A stretch of DNA of 64,000 nucleotides. Source: Myxococcota bacterium. Its GTDB lineage: Bacteria; Myxococcota_A; UBA9160; UBA4427. The first letter of the stretch is position 1. Each line of letters begins with the position of its first letter. The stretch lies in the NCBI GenBank assembly GCA_965250285.1, contig OZ252299.1, forward strand, positions 3,232,001 to 3,296,000. The letters run 5' to 3'. The notes under the pieces were generated by a model. The model saw only the letters and a program-made list of their open reading frames with translations, ran no database searches and was not told where the DNA came from. A program made the position numbers and the translations under genes. Of this stretch, positions 30,841 to 40,610 are shown one piece after another.

Positions 30841-31791
30841 TCACGCGTTGGACGAGCGCCCGGCTTCGAGCGCACGTTCGATCAGCCCCATCACGAGGTC
30901 GGGCGACTGCATCAGCATCAGGTGCCCGGCGTCGGTCTCATCGAGCCAGCCGCGCGGGATCTCGTTCACGACCCGAGCGTGCATCTCGATGGGGAAGTTG
31001 CCGTGCAGCGCGTGCGCTACGACGACGCTCGCCTCGACCCGCTTCGCCTCTTCGGCGATGTCGAAGGCGACCCCCGACTCGAACACGGTGGCCTCGACCA
31101 TCCGCGGACAGCGCAGGGTGACGTGCCCCGCCGGCGTGTCGCCGAGCCCGTAGGTGCAGTAGAGATCGAGGGCGCGGTCGGTCCAGCCTTCGAAGAGGGG
31201 CTTGCCCTCGAAGCTGGCCCGGGCCTCGGCCCGACTGCCGAACACGTCCCGCCGACGGCGGGTGCGCGCCGCCAGCTCGTTGCCGCGGCCGGCCCCTTCG
31301 ACCAGAGGCGGCAGAAAGACCGGATCGAGGGCGAGCACGTGCGCGTATCGCGTCGGCGCCCGCGCCGCCGCGAGCAGGCTCAGCGTGCCGCCGAAGCTGT
31401 GGCCGACCGCGAGCGCGATCTGATCGCGGCCGAGCTCGTCGCACAGCCGCTCGCCGAGGTCGGCGAGATCGTCGCGCAGCTCGAGCCAGCCGAACGCTTC
31501 GGGCACGATGCCGGCCGGGGGGATCGGCGCATGACCATGCCCCCGTGCATCGATCGCCACGACGCGAAAGCGCTCGGCGAGCCGCTCGGCCACCTCGGCC
31601 CACTGCGCCGCGCAGAAGCCGTTCGCGTGGTGCAGCACGGCGAGGGGATTCGCCGGGTCGCCCCACTCGAGCACCGAGGTCGAGATGCCCCGGGCTTCGA
31701 GCGCGACCTCACGACGGGTCGAGCCAGGCGGCGCGGCGGGCTCGCGGTCGAGCTCGGCCTTCGGCGGGGCAGCAGGGAGCGACTGAGACAT
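30841..31791 (-). CDS. Alpha/beta hydrolase
   Basis: HANGF, DARGHG, GHSFGG nucleophile elbow and GHL. Confidence 0.88.
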   Translation of the reverse strand: MSQSLPAAPPKAELDREPAAPPGSTRREVALEARGISTSVLEWGDPANPLAVLHHANGFCAAQWAEVAERLAERFRVVAIDARGHGHAPIPPAGIVPEAFGWLELRDDLADLGERLCDELGRDQIALAVGHSFGGTLSLLAAARAPTRYAHVLALDPVFLPPLVEGAGRGNELAARTRRRRDVFGSRAEARASFEGKPLFEGWTDRALDLYCTYGLGDTPAGHVTLRCPRMVEATVFESGVAFDIAEEAKRVEASVVVAHALHGNFPIEMHARVVNEIPRGWLDETDAGHLMLMQSPDLVMGLIERALEAGRSSNA

Positions 31792-31927
31792 GGTTCTCCG
31801 GCGAGGGCATACGGGGCGCGAGCGCCCCGGAGAGTGCAGAACCCCGAGCGCTCCAGCCACACGGCGTGCGCGCACGAACTCGCCTTTCGAGTCGGGGGCG
31901 TGCCGGCGCCTGGTGTAGTGTGATCCG

Positions 31928-32635
31928 ATGCCCGAGCCCGGCGATGCGATCCACCGGCACGAAGACGCCCTGCGCGAAGCCATTCGAGATCGCCTCGACG
32001 GCGTCGAGCGGCGGGTGATCCCACTCGACGGCCGCCGTGCCGCCGCGGTGACGATCCTCGTCGTCGAAGGGCGCGCCCCCGCCGAGAACTACGTGCGGGT
32101 GCACGAGGGCGAGGCCGAAGGGGTCCCCCACGACGTCGACCACGGCGAGGCCTGCTTCGTGCTGACGCGGCGCGCACCGCGACTCAGCGCCCACGCGGGC
32201 CAGTGGGCGCTGCCGGGCGGCCGCCTCGACGCCGGCGAGAATGCCACCGAGGCCGCGCTGCGCGAGAGCGACGAAGAGGTCGGCGCGACGCTCGGCGCCG
32301 GCGACGTCCTCGGCCTGATGGACGACTATGCCACGCGTTCGGGCTACGTGATCACGCCCGTCGTCGTCTGGGCACCGGCCGGCGCGCAGCTCGAGGCGAA
32401 CCCCGACGAGGTGACCGAGCTCTACCGCGTGCCGCTCGGGGCGCTCGAGGCCCCAGCCGTGCCTCGGCTGCGCACGATTCCCGAGAGCGATCGGCCGGTG
32501 ATCTCGGTCGAGATCGTCGGCACCCATGTGCACGCACCGACGGCGGCGATCCTCTACCAGTTCCGCGAGCTCGGCCTGCGCGGTCAGCACACCCGCGTCG
32601 ACCACTACGAGCAGCCGGTCTTCGCCTGGCGCTGA
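31928..32635 (+). CDS. Nudix hydrolase (CoA pyrophosphatase-like)
   Basis: HAGQWALPGGRLDAGE...AALRESDEEVG Nudix box. Confidence 0.9.
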   Translation: MPEPGDAIHRHEDALREAIRDRLDGVERRVIPLDGRRAAAVTILVVEGRAPAENYVRVHEGEAEGVPHDVDHGEACFVLTRRAPRLSAHAGQWALPGGRLDAGENATEAALRESDEEVGATLGAGDVLGLMDDYATRSGYVITPVVVWAPAGAQLEANPDEVTELYRVPLGALEAPAVPRLRTIPESDRPVISVEIVGTHVHAPTAAILYQFRELGLRGQHTRVDHYEQPVFAWR

Positions 32636-32751
32636 ACCACCCGACTGCGGCGAACACCCCATCGTTGCGCGGCGCGATGGCTCGCTATGGTAGGGATCGA
32701 CGCAGGCCGGTGTCGGCCGGCAAGCACCACGGCAGAAGCGGCAGCGCACGC

Positions 32752-33348
32752 ATGGACGAACAACTCGAAGAGGTCTCGAAGCGCCTGCGGGCGTGGCGGG
32801 ACGAGGCGGGGCTCACCCTGCAGCAGCTCGCCGAGCGCTGCGGCGTGGCCACGAGCACGATCCAGAAGATCGAGACGCGGCAGATGGTGCCGACGGTCGC
32901 GGTGCTGCTGAAGATCGCCAACGGCCTCGGTCGGCGCGCAAGTGACTTCGTGAAGAACGAAGATGCCCGCTTCGACGTGCACCACACGACGGCGTCCTCG
33001 CGTCGCAGCCTCGGCGACGGCGAGAAGCTCGAGATCGAGCGGCTCGCCGGCGATCTCCACGGCTCGGCGCTCGAGGTCTGGCGCGTGCGTCACGGCCCGG
33101 GCTCGGGCCTCTTCCAGGACGGCTTCCATTTTCGGGGCGAGCTTCTCATCGTCTGCGAATCGGGCGAGGTCGACGTAAGCGTCGAGGGCAAGGAATACGT
33201 GCTCGGCGCCGGCGACTCGCTGCACTTCAAGGCCGAGCTCCCGCACGGCTGGACGAACCGCGGCGACGAGAGCGCCGTGCTGACCGTGATCGGGCAGCTG
33301 CCACCGGCGCTCCGCGCGGTGCTCGAGGGCGACGCCGAGGCGCAGTGA
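32752..33348 (+). CDS. XRE-family HTH regulator with cupin domain
   Basis: LTLQQLAERCGV..STIQKIE, PTVAVLLKIANGLG and GDSLHFKAELPHGW. Confidence 0.9.
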   Translation: MDEQLEEVSKRLRAWRDEAGLTLQQLAERCGVATSTIQKIETRQMVPTVAVLLKIANGLGRRASDFVKNEDARFDVHHTTASSRRSLGDGEKLEIERLAGDLHGSALEVWRVRHGPGSGLFQDGFHFRGELLIVCESGEVDVSVEGKEYVLGAGDSLHFKAELPHGWTNRGDESAVLTVIGQLPPALRAVLEGDAEAQ

Positions 33349-33489
33349 GGCGGCGCAAGACCGCTGCGGCGCCTGCTACGCTGACCGCTTCCCGCACTCG
33401 ACCGACGCGACGTCGCAGGCCGGGCACCTCGTTGCCCGGGCCTTCGAGCGCGCCAACTCCTCGCCTCGACACGGCGCGGTGGAGCGCCC

Positions 33490-34962
33490 TTGAGCGACGA
33501 AGCCCCTGCATCCCGCAAGCCACAGCCCCCGAGCGACTCCCCGGCTTCGTCGTGGCTCGACCGGCTGCGCGCCCTGCGCGATCGCGATCACACCCAGGGC
33601 AGTCTGCTCGTCTCGCTCTTCGCCCTCGCTCTCCCCCTCATCGGCATGAGCCTGTTCGGCGGCGTCGTCTTCCAGATCGTCGACCTGAAGCTCGTGAGCG
33701 GGATCGGCGAGGACGCGACCACGGCCGTCGTCGTCACGAACCAGAGCATCCGCCAGGTCTTCTTCATGCTCGTCATGGGGGCGAGCTTCGGCGCGCAGGG
33801 CCTCGTCAGCCGCCACGTCGGCGAGGGGCGAGCCGACTCGGCCGACCACGTCACGGGCCAGACCCTGCTGCTCGGCGTCGGGGTCTCGCTCTTCGCGGCG
33901 ATGCTCGGCCTCGTCTTGGCTCGCCCGCTGCTGGGGGGCATGAACGTCTCGCCGACGGTGCTCGAGCAGGGCATCCCGTACCTGCGCTGGGTCCTGCTGC
34001 TCTCGGGCGGCTTCATCCTCACGAACCTCGCGAACGCCATTCTCAATGGCGCGGGCGACACGACGACGCCCTTTCTGATCGCCGTCGTGCAGACGACGGT
34101 GGGGCTGACCGCCGAGTGGATCCTGATCCAGGGGCATTTCGGTCTGCCGGCGCTCGGGATTCACGGCGTCGCGCTCGGCGCTGCATGCGGTCAGCTCGCC
34201 GGTCTGTTGCTCGTTGCGCGGGTCATCACGACCGGCAACGCCCGCGTGCACCTGCGCGCGCGACATCTGCGCCCCGACCCGCCCCTGCTGCGCCACCTGC
34301 TCGCGCTCTCATGGCCGCCGGCGCTGCAGCTGATCGGCGGATTCCTCGTGACGATCTTCTTCATCCGCTGGATGGGCGACTTCGGCCCGAAGGCCCAGGC
34401 GGCCTACTCGATCGGCCTGCGCCTCGGCATGACGACGCCGATGATCTGCTTTCCGCTGGCGGGCGCGATCGCGACGCTCGTCGGGCAGGCGATCGGCGCG
34501 GGCAACGTGAAGCGCGCCTGGCGCGCCATGGGGATCGGCATCCTCGTCCACGGCGGTCTGATGTGGAGCCTCGCCCTCTTCTTCTTCACGTTCCGCTACG
34601 AGGTGCTCGGCTTCTTCGCCGAAGATCCGGAGGTGATCGAGATCGGTGCTCGCCTGCTCGTGTGGCAGGCCGCGAGCTACGTGTTTCTCGCGTTCTACTT
34701 CGTGTTCTTCCGCGCGCTGCAGGGAGCGGGGGACGTCCGCGTCCCGATGCTGATCTCGATCGCGGGCAGCCTCGGCTTCACGCTACCGCTGGGCTGGGTT
34801 CTGTCGCGCAACTTCGAGATGGGCCCCGACGGCCTGTTCATCGCGAGCTTCGTCGGCGCGGTCGTCTCGACCACGTCGACCGGCCTGTGGGTCGCCACAG
34901 GCAACTGGACGAACGCACGCGCCCGCGCCCTCGAACGGCCGGCGGCCGAGTCGCGCGGCTGA
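33490..34962 (+). CDS. MATE efflux transporter
   Basis: About 12 TM helices, GAGDTTTP, LVGQAIGAG and GAGDVRVP. Confidence 0.9.
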   Translation: MSDEAPASRKPQPPSDSPASSWLDRLRALRDRDHTQGSLLVSLFALALPLIGMSLFGGVVFQIVDLKLVSGIGEDATTAVVVTNQSIRQVFFMLVMGASFGAQGLVSRHVGEGRADSADHVTGQTLLLGVGVSLFAAMLGLVLARPLLGGMNVSPTVLEQGIPYLRWVLLLSGGFILTNLANAILNGAGDTTTPFLIAVVQTTVGLTAEWILIQGHFGLPALGIHGVALGAACGQLAGLLLVARVITTGNARVHLRARHLRPDPPLLRHLLALSWPPALQLIGGFLVTIFFIRWMGDFGPKAQAAYSIGLRLGMTTPMICFPLAGAIATLVGQAIGAGNVKRAWRAMGIGILVHGGLMWSLALFFFTFRYEVLGFFAEDPEVIEIGARLLVWQAASYVFLAFYFVFFRALQGAGDVRVPMLISIAGSLGFTLPLGWVLSRNFEMGPDGLFIASFVGAVVSTTSTGLWVATGNWTNARARALERPAAESRG

Positions 34963-35232
34963 GTTCGCAAGAACGGCGGGACGGGCGGGGTGCCCGGGTC
35001 GGGGGGTGATCGTTCTTGCGAGGGGGGGCGATTGGGTCGGGGGTGTTCGAGCGGGCCCGCGCTGTACAGAAAGCGAGGCGCTCGAGCGATCTCACACGAT
35101 CGATCCCGTTGCCAACCTCTCGACCGACCCAACGCCGCGGCGAAGCCGCGCGCAGACCCGCGCACGCCCCTTCACCCAAGCATCCGCTGCACCCAATCGG
35201 CTCGAACACAACGGCCTCGCAAGACGGACCGA

Positions 35233-35418
35233 GTCAGGGGCACGTGTTCCAGCGGAGCGACCGCCGCCCCTGCCCCGCAAGCCCGTCGCCCACGGCGCCC
35301 CGCCACAGCGGGCGGCGCAAGATCGCTCGAAGCTGAAGCGACCGGGGACATGCACGCGCCGCCACCGGAACGCCAAGCAGGACCGGAGGGAGTCGCAGTC
35401 GGAACACGTGCCCCTGAC
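35233..35418 (+). repeat. 186-bp structured intergenic repeat, copy 1 (18-bp perfect terminal inverted repeat)
   Basis: GTCAGGGGCACGTGTTCC (35233-35250) pairs with GGAACACGTGCCCCTGAC (35401-35418); core shared with copies 2 and 3. Confidence 0.85.
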
Positions 35419-35462
35419 CTGGCACCCAACCCACCCGACCAAGATCGAAACGACCCGAGGGT

Positions 35463-36350
35463 TCAGCGGGCCCCCCCCTCCCCCATGTGCATGAGGGGCA
35501 GCGGGTTCGGGCTGTCCGACGACAGGAAGTAGAGCTTCGCCGCCGGATCCTTCGACATCGCCTTCAGCGCGTCGATCGCCTGCAGCTGGATGTAGGCCGG
35601 ATTCTTCTGAATCGCCTCGTTGATGACGCTGATCTGATACGCCTCGGCATCGGCGAGGATGCGCTTGCGCTTGGCCTCCTCTTCGGCCGCCTGCCGCGCC
35701 GCCTCGGCGGCCGCGACCTGCTGCTGCTGCTCGGTGCGGAACCGCTCGAGCTCGGCCTTCTGGCGCTCGACCGCCTGCTCGCGCTCCTTCTTGCGCTCGA
35801 TCGCCTCGGCCAGCACGGGCGGCAGGTTGATCGCGCGCACGAGCACCGTCTCGACGATGATGCCCTTGTCGGCAACGTACTCGCTGATGCCCTTCTGCAG
35901 CTCCATGGCGAGCCAGTCTCGGGTCTCCTCCTTGAAGAAATCCTCGGCCCGCTCGACCTTCGTGCCCAGCTCGCGCACCAGCGAGCGGATCTTCGGCATG
36001 AGATGCACGGCCACCACGCGCTCCTCGTCACCCGTCTCCTTGTACATCATGGGCGCCTTCGAGCCATCGAGGCGGTACTGCACCGAGAGATCCATCCGCG
36101 TCAGCAGCTGATCGCGCGTCGGCACCTCGACCTGCGTGATCTTCTGCGTCTGCTCCCGCACGTCGAAGTTCTTCCAGCGATACATCGGGTTGACGGGAAA
36201 GTAGGGGCCCTCGGGATACGACCGATCGATCACGTCGCCGAAGAAGCTGGCCACACCCACGTGGCCCACTGGGACCTGGTGGAAGAACTGTCGACCGAAG
36301 AGCAGGACGAGGAGCACGGCGACGACGGGAATGGTGACCCTGAGATTCAA
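35463..36350 (-). CDS. SPFH/prohibitin (band 7) family protein
   Basis: N-terminal TM, VPVGHVGV, VPTRDQL and coiled-coil AIERK...AEAEA. Confidence 0.9.
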   Translation of the reverse strand: MNLRVTIPVVAVLLVLLFGRQFFHQVPVGHVGVASFFGDVIDRSYPEGPYFPVNPMYRWKNFDVREQTQKITQVEVPTRDQLLTRMDLSVQYRLDGSKAPMMYKETGDEERVVAVHLMPKIRSLVRELGTKVERAEDFFKEETRDWLAMELQKGISEYVADKGIIVETVLVRAINLPPVLAEAIERKKEREQAVERQKAELERFRTEQQQQVAAAEAARQAAEEEAKRKRILADAEAYQISVINEAIQKNPAYIQLQAIDALKAMSKDPAAKLYFLSSDSPNPLPLMHMGEGGAR

Positions 36351-36535
36351 GGGAGATCCTCCTGGGTGCGGGCACGCAGTGATTGGATGACACGAGTTCG
36401 ACCGGCGGATCGGCCCGCGCGGGCGCGTTGGATGGTACCCTCCCCGCCGTCGACTCGAATGTCTCCCCTTTCACACGCGCTCCGGCCCCCACCGCACGCG
36501 ACCCGGCCGACCGAGCCGGCCCGAGAACACGACGC

Positions 36536-37369
36536 ATGCCGCGACCCCGACTCCTCGCCCTCGATCTGGACGGCACCCTGCTGCTGCCCGGCGGCGGGAT
36601 CAGCGAACGCAACGCCGAGGCCGTGCGGCGCGCCCGCGCGGCGGGGGTCGAGGTGGTCATCTGCACCGGCCGGCGTTTTCGCACGACGGCGTGGATCATC
36701 GAGGCGCTCGAGCTGGGTGGGCCCGTCGTGGTCCACAACGGCGTGCTCACCAAATCGGGGGAGACCGGAGAGACCCTGGCGGCGCACTACCTGACGGCCG
36801 ACCTCTTCGAGCACGCGCTCGAGCAGCTGCGGAGCGTGGCCGCGCCGATCGTCTACGTCGATCGCTACCACGACGGCCTCGACATGATGGTCGAGCACCC
36901 GAGCGACGCCCATGCGTACCAGGCGGCGTATCTCGCCGACTACGAAGACGTGCATCGCGTCGTGCCCCGGCTCGACGACCAGGGCCACCACGACGTCGTC
37001 ATGATGAGCCTGATGGCCGATCACGCGGCGCTCGCGGCCCTCCGCGCCCGCCTCGAGAAGACCCTCGACCCGGCCGCGCACACGAACTTCATCGAGAACA
37101 AGAACTACGAGGGCTACATCCTCGAGGTCACCTCGAGCCGCGCGAGCAAGTGGTCGGCGCTGGCCGAAGTAGCGGCGGGGATGGGGATCGGCCCCGACGA
37201 GATCATGGCCATCGGCGACGACCGCAACGACGCCTCGATGATCGAAGGGGCTGGGCTCGGCGTCGCGATGGCGAACGCGGTCGACGCCGTGAAGGCGGTG
37301 GCTGAGACCACGACCGCGAGCAACGCCGAGGACGGCGTCGCAGCCGCGATCGAGCGGCACCTGCTCTGA
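36536..37369 (+). CDS. Cof-type HAD-IIB hydrolase
   Basis: LDLDGTLL, CTGRR, SKWSAL, IGDDRNDASMI and GVAMANA. Confidence 0.9.
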   Translation: MPRPRLLALDLDGTLLLPGGGISERNAEAVRRARAAGVEVVICTGRRFRTTAWIIEALELGGPVVVHNGVLTKSGETGETLAAHYLTADLFEHALEQLRSVAAPIVYVDRYHDGLDMMVEHPSDAHAYQAAYLADYEDVHRVVPRLDDQGHHDVVMMSLMADHAALAALRARLEKTLDPAAHTNFIENKNYEGYILEVTSSRASKWSALAEVAAGMGIGPDEIMAIGDDRNDASMIEGAGLGVAMANAVDAVKAVAETTTASNAEDGVAAAIERHLL

Positions 37370-37408
37370 ACGGCGTGCGGCCGACCACGGAACGCTCAGC
37401 CGACCCCG

Positions 37409-37449
37409 AAAAAAGAAGAGCGGGGCCGAGCATACGCTCGACCCCGCTC
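37409..37449 (-). terminator. Rho-independent terminator of pilA
   Basis: Minus strand reads GAGCGGGGTCGAGC-GTAT-GCTCGGCCCCGCTC followed by TTCTTTTTT. Confidence 0.85.
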
Positions 37450-37474
37450 GAACTCACAACGATCGGGTCGGTTC

Positions 37475-38056
37475 TTAGAACTCCGACTGACCGAAGTTGG
37501 CGGCGCAGGGACCCACGGTCTTCAGCAGGTTGTTACCGAGGTTCGCGGGATCCGAGTTCCACGTACCGGTCGCGGGGCAACCCTGGGTGCCGGCGATGGT
37601 CGGGCCGGGGACACCACCGACGGGCGGCTGGTTGGCGACGTAGCCCCAGACCTGCGGCGTACCGTTGGCGTCGATGTCGGCCACGGCGTCGGCGGTGAAG
37701 CCCGTGAAGGCCGGCGTCACGGCGACGGAGTAGGTGAAGAAGACGTCACCCTCGGGCGACCAGCCGATCACGTCGAAGTCCGTGCCCGGACCACCGGCGT
37801 TCACGAAGGCAACCTTCTGGTTCTGGTTACCGACGGGCGGCGAGATGTTCGCCGGCACGTACGAACCGTACTCAGCGAGGTAGCTCTCCTCAGCCGTGCG
37901 GATGGCGGCGATGTTGACCTTGCCTTCCGAGGTCTTCGACTTCAGCTGGAAGCGAAGGAAGTTCGGGATGGCGATGGCCGCCAGGATGCCGATGATCGCG
38001 ACCACGATCATCAGCTCGATCAGGGTGAAACCCTTCGTGCTCTTGTTGCGCATCAT
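37475..38056 (-). CDS. pilA: Type IVa major pilin
   Basis: KG|FTLIELMIVVAIIGILAAIAIPNF prepilin site, C-terminal Cys pair, GGAGA RBS, sigma54 promoter and terminator. Confidence 0.93.
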   Translation of the reverse strand: MMRNKSTKGFTLIELMIVVAIIGILAAIAIPNFLRFQLKSKTSEGKVNIAAIRTAEESYLAEYGSYVPANISPPVGNQNQKVAFVNAGGPGTDFDVIGWSPEGDVFFTYSVAVTPAFTGFTADAVADIDANGTPQVWGYVANQPPVGGVPGPTIAGTQGCPATGTWNSDPANLGNNLLKTVGPCAANFGQSEF

Positions 38057-38128
38057 AGTTTCGGTTCTCCAGATGGTGGGGAGTGCGACCACGCCCCGAC
38101 TCGAATGACTCAACTGGGTGGTTCCTAG

Positions 38129-38144
38129 AGCAACCCTGATGCCA
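38129..38144 (-). promoter_or_regulatory. Sigma54 (-24/-12) promoter of pilA
   Basis: Minus strand TGGCATCAGGGTTGCT matches TGGCAC-N5-TTGCW. Confidence 0.8.
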
Positions 38145-38405
38145 AATGGCAACGCGCCATCTCCAGGAGGTGCAACTCCTTCGTCAACCCGAGTCTCTGT
38201 CCGAAGAACTTTTTTCGAATCGAGCACCTGCGCCGATTCAGAGGTCCGAAACCGACGCTCGAAAGTGACGGATCCCGACACCCCGACCCGCGCGCGACGT
38301 CACCCGACGTCCATCCCCAACGGATTCATCCAACGCCACCAAAACGACGCCCCTCCCGCCGCCGCACCGCGCGGCGAAAACGCGAACCACCCCCCAAAAG
38401 ACCGA

Positions 38406-38591
38406 GGGCCGGGGTCGTGTTCCAGCGGAGCGACCGCCGCCCTGGCCACGGCCTCCACGCCTCCACCGCCAGCCGTCACGGCGGGCGGCGCAAGCCCGCC
38501 CATACCCAAAACGACCGGGGACGAGCACGCGCCGCCAGCGCAACGCCAAGCAAGCCAGGAGGGAGTCGAAGTCGGAACACGACCCCGGCCC
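38406..38591 (+). repeat. 186-bp structured intergenic repeat, copy 2
   Basis: GGGCCGGGGTCGTGTTCC (38406-38423) pairs with GGAACACGACCCCGGCCC (38574-38591); 150-nt core homologous to copy 1. Confidence 0.85.
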
Positions 38592-38625
38592 CGAGCACCC
38601 TCACCCGCTCTGCAAGATTCAAGCT

Positions 38626-39084
38626 CTAGTCGAAATCGAGATCGTCGAAGATCCCGCCGAGCCCTTCGTCGTCGTCCCCGAACTCTTCTTCGAAGCCATG
38701 CGCCCCGAGGTCGTCGTCTTCGAACTCATCGTCGAAGTCGTCCTCGCTCGCGACTTCGGCGCGGCGACCGTATTCGGGCGGCTCGGGATGGTCGAGCTCG
38801 CCGGCCTCGATCGACGCGCCCACGTCGTCGGGCAGCGCTTCGGCGAGGCGCTCCTGCTGCGCCTCCCACGCGACGCTGAGGGCGCCCTCTTCGGTGTTGC
38901 CGATGAACTCCGACACGGCGTCGACGTCGGGGAAGTGGCCGGGATCTTGAAAGAACCGGATCAGCTCACCGAAGGCCTTGTACGCGAAGAGCAGATCGCG
39001 CACCGGCACTTCGACGACGCGATCCTCGTCGATGTCGTCGATGCCGTACTCGACGACCTCCTGCACGGTCGTGTAGCGGGCCAT
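38626..39084 (-). CDS. Hypothetical protein with a highly acidic C-terminal tail
   Basis: Host-like codon usage; MARYTTVQEVV start; Asp/Glu-rich tail. Confidence 0.7.
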   Translation of the reverse strand: MARYTTVQEVVEYGIDDIDEDRVVEVPVRDLLFAYKAFGELIRFFQDPGHFPDVDAVSEFIGNTEEGALSVAWEAQQERLAEALPDDVGASIEAGELDHPEPPEYGRRAEVASEDDFDDEFEDDDLGAHGFEEEFGDDDEGLGGIFDDLDFD

Positions 39085-39248
39085 GGCTTGACTCCGGGAA
39101 CCCGAGCACGCGGCTCTTCGATGCGGACGCCCGCGAAGTGTGCGCGGCCGACCCACACGATTCAAGAGGAAACGCGACGTCGGTGCACACCGTCCGTGTC
39201 ATGCACGGACCGTTCCAACTCGCGGGCGGCTTGAAACTGAGGCGTGCG

Positions 39249-40397
39249 CTACGCGATCGCCTTGCCATCGCGCAGCGCCTGAATCTCGTCTCCCGACAGG
39301 CCGAAGTCGGCCAGCACGTCGTCGGTGTGCTGACCCGCGTGGGCCGGCGGGCGATCGAGGGTCGAGACCGTGCGGTCGAAGCGCGGCGACGGCGCCGGCT
39401 GAACGATCCCGTGGCGCTCGACGTAGGTATCCCGCGCCGCGACGTGCGGGTGATCCTTCGCCTCCATCATGCCGAGCACCGGCGCGAAGCAGACGTCGGT
39501 GCCCTCCATGATCTCGCACCACTCGGCTCGGGTCTTCTGCTTGAAGATCTCGGTGAGCCGATCCTTGAGACCGGGCCAGGCGCCCTTGTCCATCTGGTGC
39601 GGAAGCTCCTCATCGGCGAGGCCCGTGTGCTCGAGCAGCAACGCGTAGAACTGGGGCTCGATCGAACCGACCGAAACGAACTTTCCATCCTTCGTCTCGT
39701 AGGTGTCGTAGAAGTGCGCGCCGGTATCGAGCAGGTTGTTGCCCCGATCGGTCTCGTCCCACGCACCCATCGCGCGCATGCCGTGAAAGAACGCCATCAA
39801 CGTCGACGCACCGTCGACCATCGCCGCGTCGACCACCTGGCCCTGACCCGACTGCTGTCGCTCGACGAGCGCCGCGAGCACCCCGATCACGAGCAGCATG
39901 CCGCCGCCCCCGAAGTCGCCCACGAGGTTGAGCGGCGGAACGGGCTTCTCACCCTTGCGACCGATGCCGTCCAGAGCACCGGCCAGCGCGATGTAGTTGA
40001 TGTCGTGGCCGGCGGCCTGGGCCATCGGCCCTTCCTGCCCCCAGCCGGTCATGCGGCCGTAGACGATCCCCGCGTTGCGCGCGTGGCAGACCTCGGGGCC
40101 CAGGCCGAGTCGCTCCATCACGCCGGGTCGAAAGCCCTCGAGCACCACGTCGGCCTGTTCGACGAGCTTCAGCACCGTCTCGATGGCCTCGGGATTCTTC
40201 AGATCGACGGCCAGGCTGCGCCGACCCCGGTTGAGGATGTCTTTCGGCGGATCGTTCGGATCGCCGCCGCGCACGCGATCGGCGCGGTCGATTCGCACGA
40301 CGTCGGCGCCCATGTCGGCGAGCATCATCGCCGCAAAGGGGCCCGGGCCGATGCCCGCAAACTCGAGAACCTTCACACCCTGGAGGGGGCCGCTCAT
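39249..40397 (-). CDS. CaiB/BaiF family III CoA-transferase (alpha-methylacyl-CoA racemase-like)
   Basis: [37 protein letters not shown] and DFGGGG. Confidence 0.92.
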   Translation of the reverse strand: MSGPLQGVKVLEFAGIGPGPFAAMMLADMGADVVRIDRADRVRGGDPNDPPKDILNRGRRSLAVDLKNPEAIETVLKLVEQADVVLEGFRPGVMERLGLGPEVCHARNAGIVYGRMTGWGQEGPMAQAAGHDINYIALAGALDGIGRKGEKPVPPLNLVGDFGGGGMLLVIGVLAALVERQQSGQGQVVDAAMVDGASTLMAFFHGMRAMGAWDETDRGNNLLDTGAHFYDTYETKDGKFVSVGSIEPQFYALLLEHTGLADEELPHQMDKGAWPGLKDRLTEIFKQKTRAEWCEIMEGTDVCFAPVLGMMEAKDHPHVAARDTYVERHGIVQPAPSPRFDRTVSTLDRPPAHAGQHTDDVLADFGLSGDEIQALRDGKAIA

Positions 40398-40461
40398 CGC
40401 ATGTCTCCGATCTGGTTGTTGGGCGCCGGGGCGGCGGGGGGGAGCAGCATATCAAAGCGGC

Positions 40462-40600
40462 GGGTGCATGGGCCGGGGGTGGGGATTCCGACTGCGACTC
40501 CCTCGGGTCTTGCTGTTCGTCGGCGTGGCGGCGCGTGCTTGGCCCCGGTCGCTTCTCTTTCAGGCGGGCGGGCGCCGCCCGCCGTGACGGGGCGCGGTGG
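40462..40600 (-). repeat. Structured intergenic repeat, copy 3 (partial; lacks the 5' arm)
   Basis: Reverse complement contains CCGTCACGGCGGGCGGCGC...GCGACCGGGG...GCACGCGCCGCCA...GAGGGAGTCGCAGTCGGAA. Confidence 0.8.
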
Positions 40601-40610
40601 GGGCTCTGGA

